The notes under the pieces were generated by a model. The model saw only the letters and a program-made list of their open reading frames with translations. It had not been told where the DNA came from and did not search any database. 64,000 nucleotides of DNA. It comes from Bacteroidales bacterium. Lineage in GTDB: Bacteria > Bacteroidota > Bacteroidia > Bacteroidales > UBA932. Each line of letters starts with the position of its first letter. Within the stretch, counting starts at the first letter, position 1. Positions 27,338 to 37,503 of the stretch are shown in pieces. Location of the stretch: NCBI GenBank assembly GCA_017443845.1, contig JAFSXX010000048.1, positions 5,823 to 69,822 on the forward strand. The letters run 5' to 3'. Both the position numbers and the translations under genes were made by a program.

Positions 27338-28354
27338 ATGAATTCACCCAAAGTTTCGATAATCATTCCGGTCTATAATGCGAGTCCCTATATCGTGGCC
27401 TGCATCGACTCGGTCATTTTCCAGACGATGGACGACATCGAAGTGCTGATAGTGGACGACAAGGGAAACGACGACGCCATAGGCAAGGCGGTCCGTTATG
27501 TGGCGGACTATACGGGGAGCAAGATATTCCGTTTCCTGGAGATGCCTTCCAACGGAGGCCCCGGAAAGGCCCGCAATCTGGGCCTGAGCGCGGCGCAGGG
27601 CGAATATGTGGCCTTCCTCGACAGCGACGATGTCCTGGAGGCGGGCTTCTGTGATATAATGTACTCCGCAGCCAGGAAGCAGAAGGCCGATATCGCCGGA
27701 TGCGACCTTATGCGGGAGACCGTGGGAGTGGGGGAGTCCGAGGCCGTCAAGGGTTTCAGGGCCGGCAGCGGCGAGCTCTCCGCTGGCAAAAAGAAGCGTT
27801 TCCTCACCCGAGTGAACGCCGATTTCCACTCTTTCATATATAACCGCCAGTTCCTTCTGGACAATGAAATCGTCTTTACGGAGACCCGCAGCGCCGAGGA
27901 TATCTGTTTTCTGGCCTGTGCCATAATGCAGGCCCGGAAGGTGGCGACGGTGAAGCGTCCGCTCTACAGATACCGCGTGCGCAGGACCTCCACATCGCAG
28001 GAGAAAGATTCGCTCCGTTTCCGCCACCGCACCGCATCGTTCGACGGGCTGCTCGAGTATGCAAAAAGCCACTCGCTCTACGAAGATTTCGCGCAGGAAC
28101 TCGACTATCTCTATATGAAAGAGGCATTCCTGGTCTCCTGCCGGACCTATGTGGCCAACACCGACGACTACCAGAGCTATGTGCTCGAGGAGATGTTCCT
28201 CAATTATAAATCCAAATTCCCCGAGTATCGCGCCAACAGATACTACAAGCGCGATCTCAAGGCGCGTTTCACCCTGTTCCTCCTGAGGATCTCCCCCAAG
28301 ATGGGAGCCAGGTATATCCGCAATAAAGTGCAGAAGATCGGCAACAGGGTATGA
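27338..28354 (+). CDS. Glycosyltransferase family 2 (GT-A)
   Basis: KVSIIIPVYNASPYIVACIDSVIFQTMDDIEVLIVDDKGNDD and the FLDSDD (DxD) motif. Confidence 0.9.
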   Translation: MNSPKVSIIIPVYNASPYIVACIDSVIFQTMDDIEVLIVDDKGNDDAIGKAVRYVADYTGSKIFRFLEMPSNGGPGKARNLGLSAAQGEYVAFLDSDDVLEAGFCDIMYSAARKQKADIAGCDLMRETVGVGESEAVKGFRAGSGELSAGKKKRFLTRVNADFHSFIYNRQFLLDNEIVFTETRSAEDICFLACAIMQARKVATVKRPLYRYRVRRTSTSQEKDSLRFRHRTASFDGLLEYAKSHSLYEDFAQELDYLYMKEAFLVSCRTYVANTDDYQSYVLEEMFLNYKSKFPEYRANRYYKRDLKARFTLFLLRISPKMGARYIRNKVQKIGNRV

Positions 28355-29268
28355 TTTCCATAGTCGTCTGTACATATAACCGCGATATGTTTATCCGCAC
28401 GGCGCTCGAGAAGATCGCCGCCTGCGGCTTTCCGCCCCGGGAATACGAGATAATCCTGGTGGACAACAACCGCAGCGACTCGACCGCGAGTGAGTGCGCC
28501 GCATTCGCCGAAGCCCATCCGGAGGTGCGTTACCGTTACTTCCTGGAGACTTCCCAGGGTCTCTCATACGCCCGCAACAGGGGTATCGCGGAGGCCGAGG
28601 GCGATGTTATCGTATTCCTCGACGACGACTCTTTCGTAGAGCCCGATTTTCTCCGGAGACTCTCGGCCAGGTTGGATGAATATCCCGATGCCGCGGCATT
28701 CGGAGGACGGATCGACCCGATATTCGAATCGGGCAAGGCTCCGGATTGGCTCTGCAAGTGGACCCTTTCGTGGGTCTCGGCCATCGACAGGGGGCCCGAG
28801 GTCTCCCTGTTTAGCGGAGGAAAGTATCCTATCGGAGCCAATATGGGCTTCCGCGCCTCTACCCTCAAGGGCATTCCGGGATTCGATACCAGTCTCGGAC
28901 GCACAGGCAAGAATATGCTCGGAGGCGAGGAGAAGGAGATATTCGGACGCATCTCGGCCTCCGGCGGCAAGATCTATTATTTCCCGGATGTGAGGGTCGG
29001 CCACGTCATTCCCGAAAGGCGGACTACGCGCGAGTATATCGTGCGCTTCGCGCAGGGCATCGGTTACAGCGAGTATGTGCGGTGCAAGAGGAAGGGCGGC
29101 GCTGCGCTCCTCAGGCGCCGTTTCTCGGAATTGGTCAAATGGGGCGCGACACTGCTCCTTTGGGTGGTTTATCTCTTCAGGGGACGCCCCGCCTGCGGAA
29201 ACGCGCTGGCGCTCTTCAGATGGAACGTGTCGCGCGGACTCTATTTTCCTGATACTTTGAAGATATGA
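28351..29268 (+). CDS. Glycosyltransferase family 2 (GT-A)
   Basis: MISIVVCTYNRDMFIRTALEKI and VFLDDDS (DxD). ATGA overlap with the upstream gene. Confidence 0.88.
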   Translation: MISIVVCTYNRDMFIRTALEKIAACGFPPREYEIILVDNNRSDSTASECAAFAEAHPEVRYRYFLETSQGLSYARNRGIAEAEGDVIVFLDDDSFVEPDFLRRLSARLDEYPDAAAFGGRIDPIFESGKAPDWLCKWTLSWVSAIDRGPEVSLFSGGKYPIGANMGFRASTLKGIPGFDTSLGRTGKNMLGGEEKEIFGRISASGGKIYYFPDVRVGHVIPERRTTREYIVRFAQGIGYSEYVRCKRKGGAALLRRRFSELVKWGATLLLWVVYLFRGRPACGNALALFRWNVSRGLYFPDTLKI

Positions 29269-30053
29269 CGGAAGGGTACAAAGTCAAGATATTTACGAGG
29301 TCGTTCGACCTGAGGCTCTACAGCCGCGCCCGCGGATTGTGGGAGGGCATAGATTGCGATGCCGTAGTGCGCCTTACCGACAAGAGCGCCGACGGTTACT
29401 TTTATGCGATGCTAGCCGACACCGACTGCGACATCGCCATCAATATCGACGAGGATGCCTTCGTTTGCGATACCGATGCCGTCAACGGTCTGGTCAGGCT
29501 CCTTATCGGGGAGGGATACGCCAATATCGGCTGCGCCGATGCCGGCGAGGGACTTCCCCGCAGCGGCAATCCCAGGGTGACCAATCCGTTCTTCAACATT
29601 CTGAACCTGAGGCTTATAAGGAGCCGGTTCGACCGCACCGCCCTCAAGACATACGATGAGCATTATGAGCCCTATTACCCGTTCTTCCTCTGGATGGCGG
29701 ATAATTTCAAGACGCTCTATCTTCCGGCCGGGCGGCATGAGGATGGCATAACAACGGTGTTGTACGATCCCGAGGGACGCATCGTCTGCAAGCATTCGTG
29801 GTATGCCCGCTTCTATTCGATGCCCGGCTTCATAGTCCGGAGCATCCAGAAGGACCAGGGGATGCAGAGGGAAAGGATAGATGCCCTCATCCGCGAGGTT
29901 TACGCCTCGCGCGGGCTCGGGGTTGAGGAGTACGGATTCCGGCGCAACTGCCTTTTCGCGGCCGACCGTACCCTCAGGTGGATGATAAAGGTTCCCCAGC
30001 GCATTGTCCGCTGGCCCTCCAAAATCAAAAGAAAATTGCAAAAGTCAAGATAA
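29265..30053 (+). CDS. Hypothetical protein in EPS locus (possible GT-A-like fold, DED motif)
   Basis: 262 aa, translationally coupled on both sides (ATGA and TAATG overlaps). AINIDEDAFV could be a DxD-like motif. No family is recognised with confidence. Confidence 0.5.
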   Translation: MTEGYKVKIFTRSFDLRLYSRARGLWEGIDCDAVVRLTDKSADGYFYAMLADTDCDIAINIDEDAFVCDTDAVNGLVRLLIGEGYANIGCADAGEGLPRSGNPRVTNPFFNILNLRLIRSRFDRTALKTYDEHYEPYYPFFLWMADNFKTLYLPAGRHEDGITTVLYDPEGRIVCKHSWYARFYSMPGFIVRSIQKDQGMQRERIDALIREVYASRGLGVEEYGFRRNCLFAADRTLRWMIKVPQRIVRWPSKIKRKLQKSR

Positions 30054-32503
30054 TGAAAGAGTTCTTCAAGAAATTCGGCGTGTATATAGTCGCCGCAGTG
30101 GTATTCGTGGTTCTGGCATTCGCCTACTGCTTCCCGGTGTTGCAGGGCAAGGTGATCTATGCGGGTGACAATCTTACCGCCGAGTGCGCTTCGCACGAGA
30201 CGATGGAGTATGCCCGCACGACCGGAGACCACAGTTGGTGGACCGGCTCGATGTTCTGCGGAATGCCCGACTACCAGATAGGCGGCGGCGAGTATAAGAC
30301 GGACAAACTCCTGTCACCCCTGACAGCATTCTTCCATCGCGGCCACTCGCATACCGCGTGGGTGTTCATAATCTATTTTATCTGCTTCTTCGTCCTGCTC
30401 CGCTCGTTCGATGTGGATAAGTGGCTGAGCATCGTGGGCGCCATAGCCATAGCCTTCTCGACCTACTTCGTGGTGATTATCGCCGCGGGGCACAACGGCA
30501 AGACTTCCACTATTGCCCTCATAAGCGTGGTGTTCGCGGGATTCTATCTGATATTCCGCAAGAAGTACGGCCTTGGCGCGATCCTGGCGATGGTCTTCAC
30601 CGCGATAGGATTCAGGACGCATCCGCAGATGGCCTACTACATCTTTATGATGGTGGGACTCTGCTGGTTCGGCGAGCTCTATACCCACATCAAGGAGAAG
30701 AGGATGAAGGACTTCGTGGTTTCAACACTTCTGTTCTTCGCCTCCGTAGGCCTGGGAATGGGAACCAGCACCGCCAATGTCTTCGCCAATGCGGAATATA
30801 CCCGCGAGACGATGCGAGGCGGACATTCGGACCTTGCCCAAGGCGACGAGGCGCAGAACAACAGCAAGGGACTCGATGTGGAATACGCAACCCAGTGGAG
30901 TTACGGACGCGACGAGACCTTCTCCCTGCTCATTCCGGGCTTTATGGGAGGCGCATCGAGCGTCGATATAGGCAAGGAGTCGGATATCTACAAATTGCTG
31001 ATCTCCAACGGCGTCGCTCCCCAGTCTGCTCGCTCGTTCGTCAAAGGCGCCCCGATGTATTGGGGCGACCAGCCTTTCACTGCGGGCAACGTCTATGTGG
31101 GAGCCATAATCTGCTTCCTCTTCATACTCGGCCTTATGATAGTCAAGGGGCCGTACAAGTGGACCCTGCTGATTGCCACCATCTTCTCGATATGCCTCGC
31201 CTGGGGCCATAACTGGATGTGGCTCACGGAGTTCTTCTTCAAATACTTCCCGCTCTACAATAAGTTCAGGGCCGTATCGTCGATATTGATCGTGGCCGAG
31301 ATAGCGATGCCGCTGCTGGGCTTCATGGCCCTCCGGGAACTTATGAAAGAAGGGGTTGACAAAAAGAAGATGATGGGCAAGGTGGCCATTGCAGGCGGAA
31401 TCACCGGTGCCATCTGCCTCTTCTTCGCCCTGCTGGGACCCTCGATCTTCGACTTCAAGTCGATTTTCGATGCCCGTCTGACTGACCAGATGCCCGACTG
31501 GCTCTACTCCGCGCTGCTCGATGAGCGCGCCTCGCTGCTCGTACGCGACAGCTGGCGTTCCTTCTTCTTCATCGCTGCGGGAGTGGCCGTACTCCTCATC
31601 TATCTCTGGGGCAAGATGGGCAAGCCCGCCTTCGCCGCGCTCCTCGGCGCCCTGATCCTGCTCGACCTCTGGCCGGTGGACAAGCGCTATCTCAACGACA
31701 GTGATTTCGTCCCCGCATACCAGATGAACAACTACTTCGCGGAGAAGCCCTGGGAAAAGGCGATCCTGGCCGACCCCGACCCGCACTTCAGGGTATTCAA
31801 CCTGACTACCAACACCTTCAGCGACGCCCGCACCTCATACCGCCTGAAATCCCTGGGCGGATACAGCGCAGCGAAACTCCGTCGTTACCAGGACCTGATC
31901 GATGTCTATATGGATCAGGATATCAACCTCAATGTCATTTCGATGCTCAACGCCAAGTATGTGGTCAACTACAACGAAGAGGGTAGCGAGGTGGTGCAGA
32001 TCAACGGCAATGCATTCGGTAATGCCTGGTTCGTGGAAAGGCTCTGTCTGGTGGATACCCCGGATGAAGAGATGGCGGCACTCAGGGACCTCGACCTGAG
32101 GTCTGAGGCTGTGGTCGACCGCAAGTTCGAATCCTTCGTTCCCCGTACCGAGATAAAGGGTGATCCGGAGGCGTCGGTAAGGCTTACGGGTTATACTCCC
32201 AAGCAGATAGATTACAAGTACGTTACACAGGAACCCGGAACGCTGGTCTTCTCCGAGATTTACTATCCTTACGGATGGAAGGCATATATCGACGGCCAGT
32301 TGACCGAGCATTTCCGCGCCAATTATACGCTTCGCGCCCTGAATGTCCCTGCGGGCGAGCACGAGATCTCGTTCGTATTCGATCCCGACAGCGTCAAGAA
32401 GGGCGACAGCATAGCGCTGGCCTGCGTCATCCTGATGTACATTATCGTCCTGGGTATCGCTGGCGCAGCCGTTTATAAACGTTTAAAACGGAAAAATGCT
32501 TGA
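30053..32503 (+). CDS. YfhO-family polytopic membrane protein (GT-C-like glycosyltransferase candidate)
   Basis: 816 aa. About 13 N-terminal TM segments, a large C-terminal extracytoplasmic domain and a terminal TM segment. The overall layout and the start (MKEFFKKFGVYIVAAVVF...) resemble Bacteroidetes YfhO proteins. Confidence 0.6.
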   Translation: MKEFFKKFGVYIVAAVVFVVLAFAYCFPVLQGKVIYAGDNLTAECASHETMEYARTTGDHSWWTGSMFCGMPDYQIGGGEYKTDKLLSPLTAFFHRGHSHTAWVFIIYFICFFVLLRSFDVDKWLSIVGAIAIAFSTYFVVIIAAGHNGKTSTIALISVVFAGFYLIFRKKYGLGAILAMVFTAIGFRTHPQMAYYIFMMVGLCWFGELYTHIKEKRMKDFVVSTLLFFASVGLGMGTSTANVFANAEYTRETMRGGHSDLAQGDEAQNNSKGLDVEYATQWSYGRDETFSLLIPGFMGGASSVDIGKESDIYKLLISNGVAPQSARSFVKGAPMYWGDQPFTAGNVYVGAIICFLFILGLMIVKGPYKWTLLIATIFSICLAWGHNWMWLTEFFFKYFPLYNKFRAVSSILIVAEIAMPLLGFMALRELMKEGVDKKKMMGKVAIAGGITGAICLFFALLGPSIFDFKSIFDARLTDQMPDWLYSALLDERASLLVRDSWRSFFFIAAGVAVLLIYLWGKMGKPAFAALLGALILLDLWPVDKRYLNDSDFVPAYQMNNYFAEKPWEKAILADPDPHFRVFNLTTNTFSDARTSYRLKSLGGYSAAKLRRYQDLIDVYMDQDINLNVISMLNAKYVVNYNEEGSEVVQINGNAFGNAWFVERLCLVDTPDEEMAALRDLDLRSEAVVDRKFESFVPRTEIKGDPEASVRLTGYTPKQIDYKYVTQEPGTLVFSEIYYPYGWKAYIDGQLTEHFRANYTLRALNVPAGEHEISFVFDPDSVKKGDSIALACVILMYIIVLGIAGAAVYKRLKRKNA

Positions 32504-33956
32504 CAGTCTGCTGGTAACCCTAATGCTCCTGGGAGCGGCCTCCTCTTCGGGAGAGCTGCCTTTCTGGGCCGTTTCGAATGTCAACGGCGCAATGCCGCAG
32601 TTCAACGGGACCCTTGCGGCCATCAGCGCCAAGCAGGAGTTCGATTCTTCGAAAACCCTCCAGTGGCGGGGCGGGCTTACCTTCGCCGGAAGCCTCGAAG
32701 CCTTCCGCGAGCCCGTACAGGGTGCGGCGCTCCAGCCCCGTGCCGCGTGGCTGGTGGACGAATTCTACGGAGGCCTCAGGTGGGAGAAACTTACCCTTGA
32801 CATCGGTATCCGGCATCGGGATATGGACTTCCTCTCCAGCGACGCCGCCCTGGGATCCCTCTCTTCGACAGGAGGCAATATTGCCTGGAGCGGCAACAGC
32901 CGTTCGCTTCCGGGTTATACGCTGGCCCTCGCGCCGGTAGCTGTCCCTTTCACTCGCGGTCATTTCCTGTTGTTCGGACGTTACGGCGATTATCTTACCC
33001 TCGACGAGAGGTATGTCCCGGGAGCCCTGGTCCACAATATGCAGGTCGGAATGATGCTGCGCTTCGGAAGGTTCGATTTCTCCCTGGCCCTGGACCATTA
33101 TGCGATGTGGGGAGGGGAGAGTCCCGATTTCGGCAGGATGCCCCTGACCCTGGGCAACTATTTCAGGATTGCCACCGGCAGGAGCGCGTCGTCGGGCAGC
33201 AGCGCCACCGAAAGCGACAAGATCAACGTGCTCGGCGACCACCGCGGCGGCGAATGTTTCCGCTTCGGATGGCGCGGAGACGGATGGAAGCTCACGCTCC
33301 AGCACGATATACCATACGACGACGGCTCCGGAATGGGATTCGCCAACTGGCCGGACGGAGTCAATACCCTCCATTTCGGATTCGACTCCAAAGAGCGGTG
33401 GGTAACCGATGTGTTGTATGAGCTGGGATATACCCTCTGGCAGTCCGGAACCCGCCACGAGGGCAAGGATGCCTCCGGCACTTATAAGGTCCTGGGCGGA
33501 CTCGACAACTATTTCAACAACCAGGATTACCATTCGGGCTGGACCTTCTGGGGGCGGACTGCGGGTCTTCCGCTTATGTTTCCCGCCGGTACCCGCAGCG
33601 GTACCTGGCGTCAGGGGGCGCTTACCCTCGGAGTGGAGAACAACAGGCTCGTCTATCATCACTTCTCGCTCTCGGGCAAGCTTTTCAGGAGGGCTCCCTA
33701 CAGGCTGATGCTTACCTACAGCCGCAACTATGGCACCTACAGGGCTCCGTACGAGGGAGAGTCCCAGATCCATCAGGACTGGGGGACGGTGGAGGAGACC
33801 CCGATAAGACAGTTCTCCGCCGGCTTCAACGGCACGGTCCCCGGCATATTCCGCAATTCGCGCCTCTGGCTCTCCTACGGGCTTTATTACGACGGCGGCG
33901 AGGTGCTCCGCAACGGTTTCGGCGCACTGCTGGGTATTGGAATAAAAATTTATTAA
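32496..33956 (+). CDS. Capsule assembly Wzi-like outer-membrane protein
   Basis: The GELPFWAVSNVNG motif near the N-terminus and the beta-rich, Gly/aromatic composition fit Wzi-family annotations in Bacteroidetes. It overlaps the YfhO gene by 8 nt. Confidence 0.5.
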   Translation: MLDSLLVTLMLLGAASSSGELPFWAVSNVNGAMPQFNGTLAAISAKQEFDSSKTLQWRGGLTFAGSLEAFREPVQGAALQPRAAWLVDEFYGGLRWEKLTLDIGIRHRDMDFLSSDAALGSLSSTGGNIAWSGNSRSLPGYTLALAPVAVPFTRGHFLLFGRYGDYLTLDERYVPGALVHNMQVGMMLRFGRFDFSLALDHYAMWGGESPDFGRMPLTLGNYFRIATGRSASSGSSATESDKINVLGDHRGGECFRFGWRGDGWKLTLQHDIPYDDGSGMGFANWPDGVNTLHFGFDSKERWVTDVLYELGYTLWQSGTRHEGKDASGTYKVLGGLDNYFNNQDYHSGWTFWGRTAGLPLMFPAGTRSGTWRQGALTLGVENNRLVYHHFSLSGKLFRRAPYRLMLTYSRNYGTYRAPYEGESQIHQDWGTVEETPIRQFSAGFNGTVPGIFRNSRLWLSYGLYYDGGEVLRNGFGALLGIGIKIY

Positions 33957-33986
33957 CTTTGTAAGTTAAAAGAAACTATCGCAGAT

Positions 33987-36392
33987 ATGAAGAAGCTGAT
34001 TATCGCCCTTTGCTTCCTGGTTGCGGCAGCGATGCCGCTTCTGGCGCAAACCGAAACGGAGATACAGGCTGCCAAGGCGGTGGCACGTTCATACGGTTAT
34101 TCCAACGATGAGATCAATCAGGTGATGAACCGCGTTACCGGTACAGGTGCGGCCAACGGCCAGCAGGCCACTACGGGCCAGCAGGTCGTGAATGGCCAGG
34201 CGGCAGGTTATCCCGCGGGCCAGTATGTTCCCGGCCAGACCCCTTATGGCACCGTGGCGTATCCCCCGACATCCAATGTGGCGGTGCCGGTGGGCGACAT
34301 AACCCTTCCGGGTACGACCGTTATGCCCATCGAGGGACGCAAGGCGCCTTCGAGCAATATCTACGGACACGACTTCTTCATCTCCGACGGCCTGGCCCTC
34401 ATCCCGAGCGTCAACGCTCCCGTCCCCGCCAGCTATGTGCTGGGCCCGGGCGATGAGGTGGTAATCGACATCTGGGGCAATTCCAATGCGAATTACACCC
34501 GCACCATCGGCAACGACAGCGCCATCACTATCCAGGGCATAGGCCCTCTCTATATCGGTGGTATGACCCTGGCCGAGGCTGAGAAGCATCTCAAGTCGAA
34601 GCTCGCCACGCTCTATTCGGGCCTGAGGGGCGCGGGTACCTACCTGCGCATCTCCATAGGCAAGATCCGCGGCGTGACGGTATATGTGCTGGGCGAGGTC
34701 TATACCCCCGGCGTCTATACGCTTCCTTCGCTCTCGTCCATCGCCACAGCCATCTATATGGCGGGCGGCGTTATGCAGTACGGATCGGTCCGCAATATCA
34801 ATCTCTACCGCCAGAGTGAACTCAAAGGCACTTTCGACCTTTATGACTATATCTTCAAGGGTAAGTACGACACCAACCTCCGCCTGCAGGACGGAGATAT
34901 CATCTCCGTAGGCCCGACCGGAAACCTCGCAGCAGTCGGCGGTGCGCTCAACCGCTTCGACCTCAAATACGAGATGAAGGATGGCGAGACCGTCCAGGAC
35001 CTGATCAACTACGCCGGCGGATTTACGGTAAACGCCCACAGGGACCTGGTCCACATCGACCGTCTTGGAGCCCGGATAGGAGAATCCTTCGACGTGGCAA
35101 AGGATGATTTCGGAACCTTCCGCGTCTGCGCCGGCGACAGCCTGTTCGTCAGCAGTACCACTATGAAATACGGCAACAGGGTGCATATAACCGGATCGGT
35201 GCTCCATCCCGGCCCTTACGCCATCTCCGACAATATGAAGACCCTCAGCCAGCTGATCAATGCCGCCGGGGGAGTGCAGGAGGGAACCTACAACGCCCGC
35301 GGTTATATCTGCCGCAGGGATGCCGATATGAAGCCCACCAATGTCTCGTTCAGCCTCGAGAGGGTGCTCGCCGGCCTGGACGACATAGACCTGGTGAGGG
35401 ACGACTCGGTCAGGGTCTTCTCCGTCCTCGAACTTCAGGACAGCGTGACCGTGTCTGTTATGGGTGAGGTCAATTATCCCGGAGATTTCGAGTACCGCGA
35501 CGGCATCACGCTCGGTGATGTCATACTGATGGCCGGCGGCCTTACCGACGGCGGCGACCTGGCCAATGTGGAGGTCGCTAGCAGGGGACGCGAGGATCAC
35601 GGTTCCGTCAAACATTTCAATCTCGTGCAGGATCCTTCCGGAAACGACGAGGTGCTATATCCGTACGATATGGTCTTCATCCGCACCAAGGTCAATTACA
35701 GGGAACTGCAGACAGTAACCGTGATGGGCGAGGTTAAGTATCCCGGAACCTATGCCATCGAGAAGAACTCTGTGAGGCTTTCGGATGTCATCGCCCGTGC
35801 CTCCGGTTTTACCGACGACGCTTACGTCAAGGGCGCCATCCTCAAGAGGCTTATGACCGACGAGGAGATAGCCAAGCAGGAGGTGGCACTCAACATAGCC
35901 CAGAACCAGACGGCAAATCCGATGGATACCACTATCCTCGATGTCAAGAAGATAGGCGATTCGTTCACCATCGGTATCGACCTTAACGAGGCGGTGAGGA
36001 ACCCCGGATCCTATGCCGACATCATCCTGCGCAGCGGCGACATCATCGACGTGCCCCAGATGAACAATACGGTCAAGATCTCCGGCGGAGTCTATTTCCC
36101 CAACACCGTCGCATACAACCCTTCGTATTCCTGGCGCGACTATGTGGACAGGGCCGGCGGATTCGTCAAGGGGGCCCGTAAGGGAAAGACCTACGCCATC
36201 TATATGGACGGCTCCGCAGCCGTACGCGGCTCGAATAAATTCAAGATGGAGCCCGGTATGGAGATCGTAGTGCCTCAGGTCAGCGAGTCAGAGGGACGGA
36301 AAGTCTCCCTTGCGGAGGTCGCATCCCTCACTTCATCCGTCAGTTCCATCGCCTATATGGCCGCAATCCTCATCAACCTGTTTAAGAAGTGA
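33987..36392 (+). CDS. wza: Polysaccharide export protein (Wza-like Poly_export domain plus multiple SLBB domains)
   Basis: Signal peptide, YVLGPGDEVVIDIWG (Poly_export signature), repeated SLBB-like units (V.V.GEV..PG.Y) and a C-terminal TM helix. Confidence 0.85.
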   Translation: MKKLIIALCFLVAAAMPLLAQTETEIQAAKAVARSYGYSNDEINQVMNRVTGTGAANGQQATTGQQVVNGQAAGYPAGQYVPGQTPYGTVAYPPTSNVAVPVGDITLPGTTVMPIEGRKAPSSNIYGHDFFISDGLALIPSVNAPVPASYVLGPGDEVVIDIWGNSNANYTRTIGNDSAITIQGIGPLYIGGMTLAEAEKHLKSKLATLYSGLRGAGTYLRISIGKIRGVTVYVLGEVYTPGVYTLPSLSSIATAIYMAGGVMQYGSVRNINLYRQSELKGTFDLYDYIFKGKYDTNLRLQDGDIISVGPTGNLAAVGGALNRFDLKYEMKDGETVQDLINYAGGFTVNAHRDLVHIDRLGARIGESFDVAKDDFGTFRVCAGDSLFVSSTTMKYGNRVHITGSVLHPGPYAISDNMKTLSQLINAAGGVQEGTYNARGYICRRDADMKPTNVSFSLERVLAGLDDIDLVRDDSVRVFSVLELQDSVTVSVMGEVNYPGDFEYRDGITLGDVILMAGGLTDGGDLANVEVASRGREDHGSVKHFNLVQDPSGNDEVLYPYDMVFIRTKVNYRELQTVTVMGEVKYPGTYAIEKNSVRLSDVIARASGFTDDAYVKGAILKRLMTDEEIAKQEVALNIAQNQTANPMDTTILDVKKIGDSFTIGIDLNEAVRNPGSYADIILRSGDIIDVPQMNNTVKISGGVYFPNTVAYNPSYSWRDYVDRAGGFVKGARKGKTYAIYMDGSAAVRGSNKFKMEPGMEIVVPQVSESEGRKVSLAEVASLTSSVSSIAYMAAILINLFKK

Positions 36393-36393
36393 T

Positions 36394-37503
36394 ATGGAAG
36401 AGAGAGACATCAATCTTGCGGATTCCCTCGCGCTGCTCAAAAAGAAGCGCAAGGTAATCATTATCACCACGGTATGCTGCTTCCTGATCGGAGTGTTCCT
36501 GGCGCTCTTCGCACCCCGCACATTCCGCTCGCAGTGCGTTTTCGTGCCCCAGACCAACCAGAGTTTCTCGGCTTCGCGCTACTCTTCGATCGCGTCGATG
36601 ATCGGAATGGATCTCGACATATCGGGAACCGACGGCCCCATCAATCCCAAGGTTTATCCCTACATCCTGCTGAACAACTCGTTCCTGCGCGATCTGATGT
36701 ACACTCCCGTGCATTTCGAGAAGGCTGCCGAGCCCATAACCCTGTATGAGTATTATACCCATCCGGAATACCAGAAGTTCAATCTCGTCAGGACCATAGG
36801 CAAATATACCGTAGGGCTGCCCTTTATGCTCCTGCGCGCCGTGATGCCCAAGCAGAAGTATGAGAGCGAGGTCGAGACCTTCAATTCGACTCTCGACAGC
36901 ACCGTCACGACGCTTACCAAGGTGGAGGACGACATAGCCCGCATCCTGGTGAAGCAGGTGACCGTCGATGTCGATGTCAAGCAGGGAGTCCTTACTATGA
37001 GCGCATTCATGCCCGAGGCCCTCGCGTCCGCGGAGGTCTGCCAGGCGGCGTTCGACCTGCTCAAGAAATATGTCTCCGACTTCAAGCAGGCCAAGTCGAA
37101 GCTCAATCTCGATTTCATCGAGCAGCAGCACGACGAGGCCAAGGCCGACTACCAGCGCAAGCAGAGGAACCTGGCATACTATCAGGATACCCACAAGGGA
37201 ATTATGACCGCCTCCTCGCAGGTGGAGAGGGTGAGGCTCGAGAATGAGGTCGAGCTCTCCAAGCAGCTTTATGCCGAACTGGCCAAGAACCTGCTCTCAT
37301 CCCGCGTGAAGCTGGAAGAGAACAATGTGACCTTCACCGAGCTCTCGCCGGTTTCGGTACCGATGCGCAAATTCAAGCCGCGCGGAACGCTGCTCACCCT
37401 TATCTGGACATTCCTCGGGTTCGCAGGCTCGTGCGGCTATGTCTGGCTCAAGGAAGGTATCAGACGCAGGGAGTCTGAAGAATCTTCAGCCTCAGCAGAT
37501 TGA
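36394..37503 (+). CDS. wzz: Chain-length determinant protein (Wzz/PCP family, no kinase domain)
   Basis: N-terminal Wzz motif region (INLADSLALLKKKRKVIIITTVCCFLIGVFLALFAP), a coiled-coil middle and a C-terminal TM segment. There are no Walker motifs. Confidence 0.8.
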   Translation: MEERDINLADSLALLKKKRKVIIITTVCCFLIGVFLALFAPRTFRSQCVFVPQTNQSFSASRYSSIASMIGMDLDISGTDGPINPKVYPYILLNNSFLRDLMYTPVHFEKAAEPITLYEYYTHPEYQKFNLVRTIGKYTVGLPFMLLRAVMPKQKYESEVETFNSTLDSTVTTLTKVEDDIARILVKQVTVDVDVKQGVLTMSAFMPEALASAEVCQAAFDLLKKYVSDFKQAKSKLNLDFIEQQHDEAKADYQRKQRNLAYYQDTHKGIMTASSQVERVRLENEVELSKQLYAELAKNLLSSRVKLEENNVTFTELSPVSVPMRKFKPRGTLLTLIWTFLGFAGSCGYVWLKEGIRRRESEESSASAD

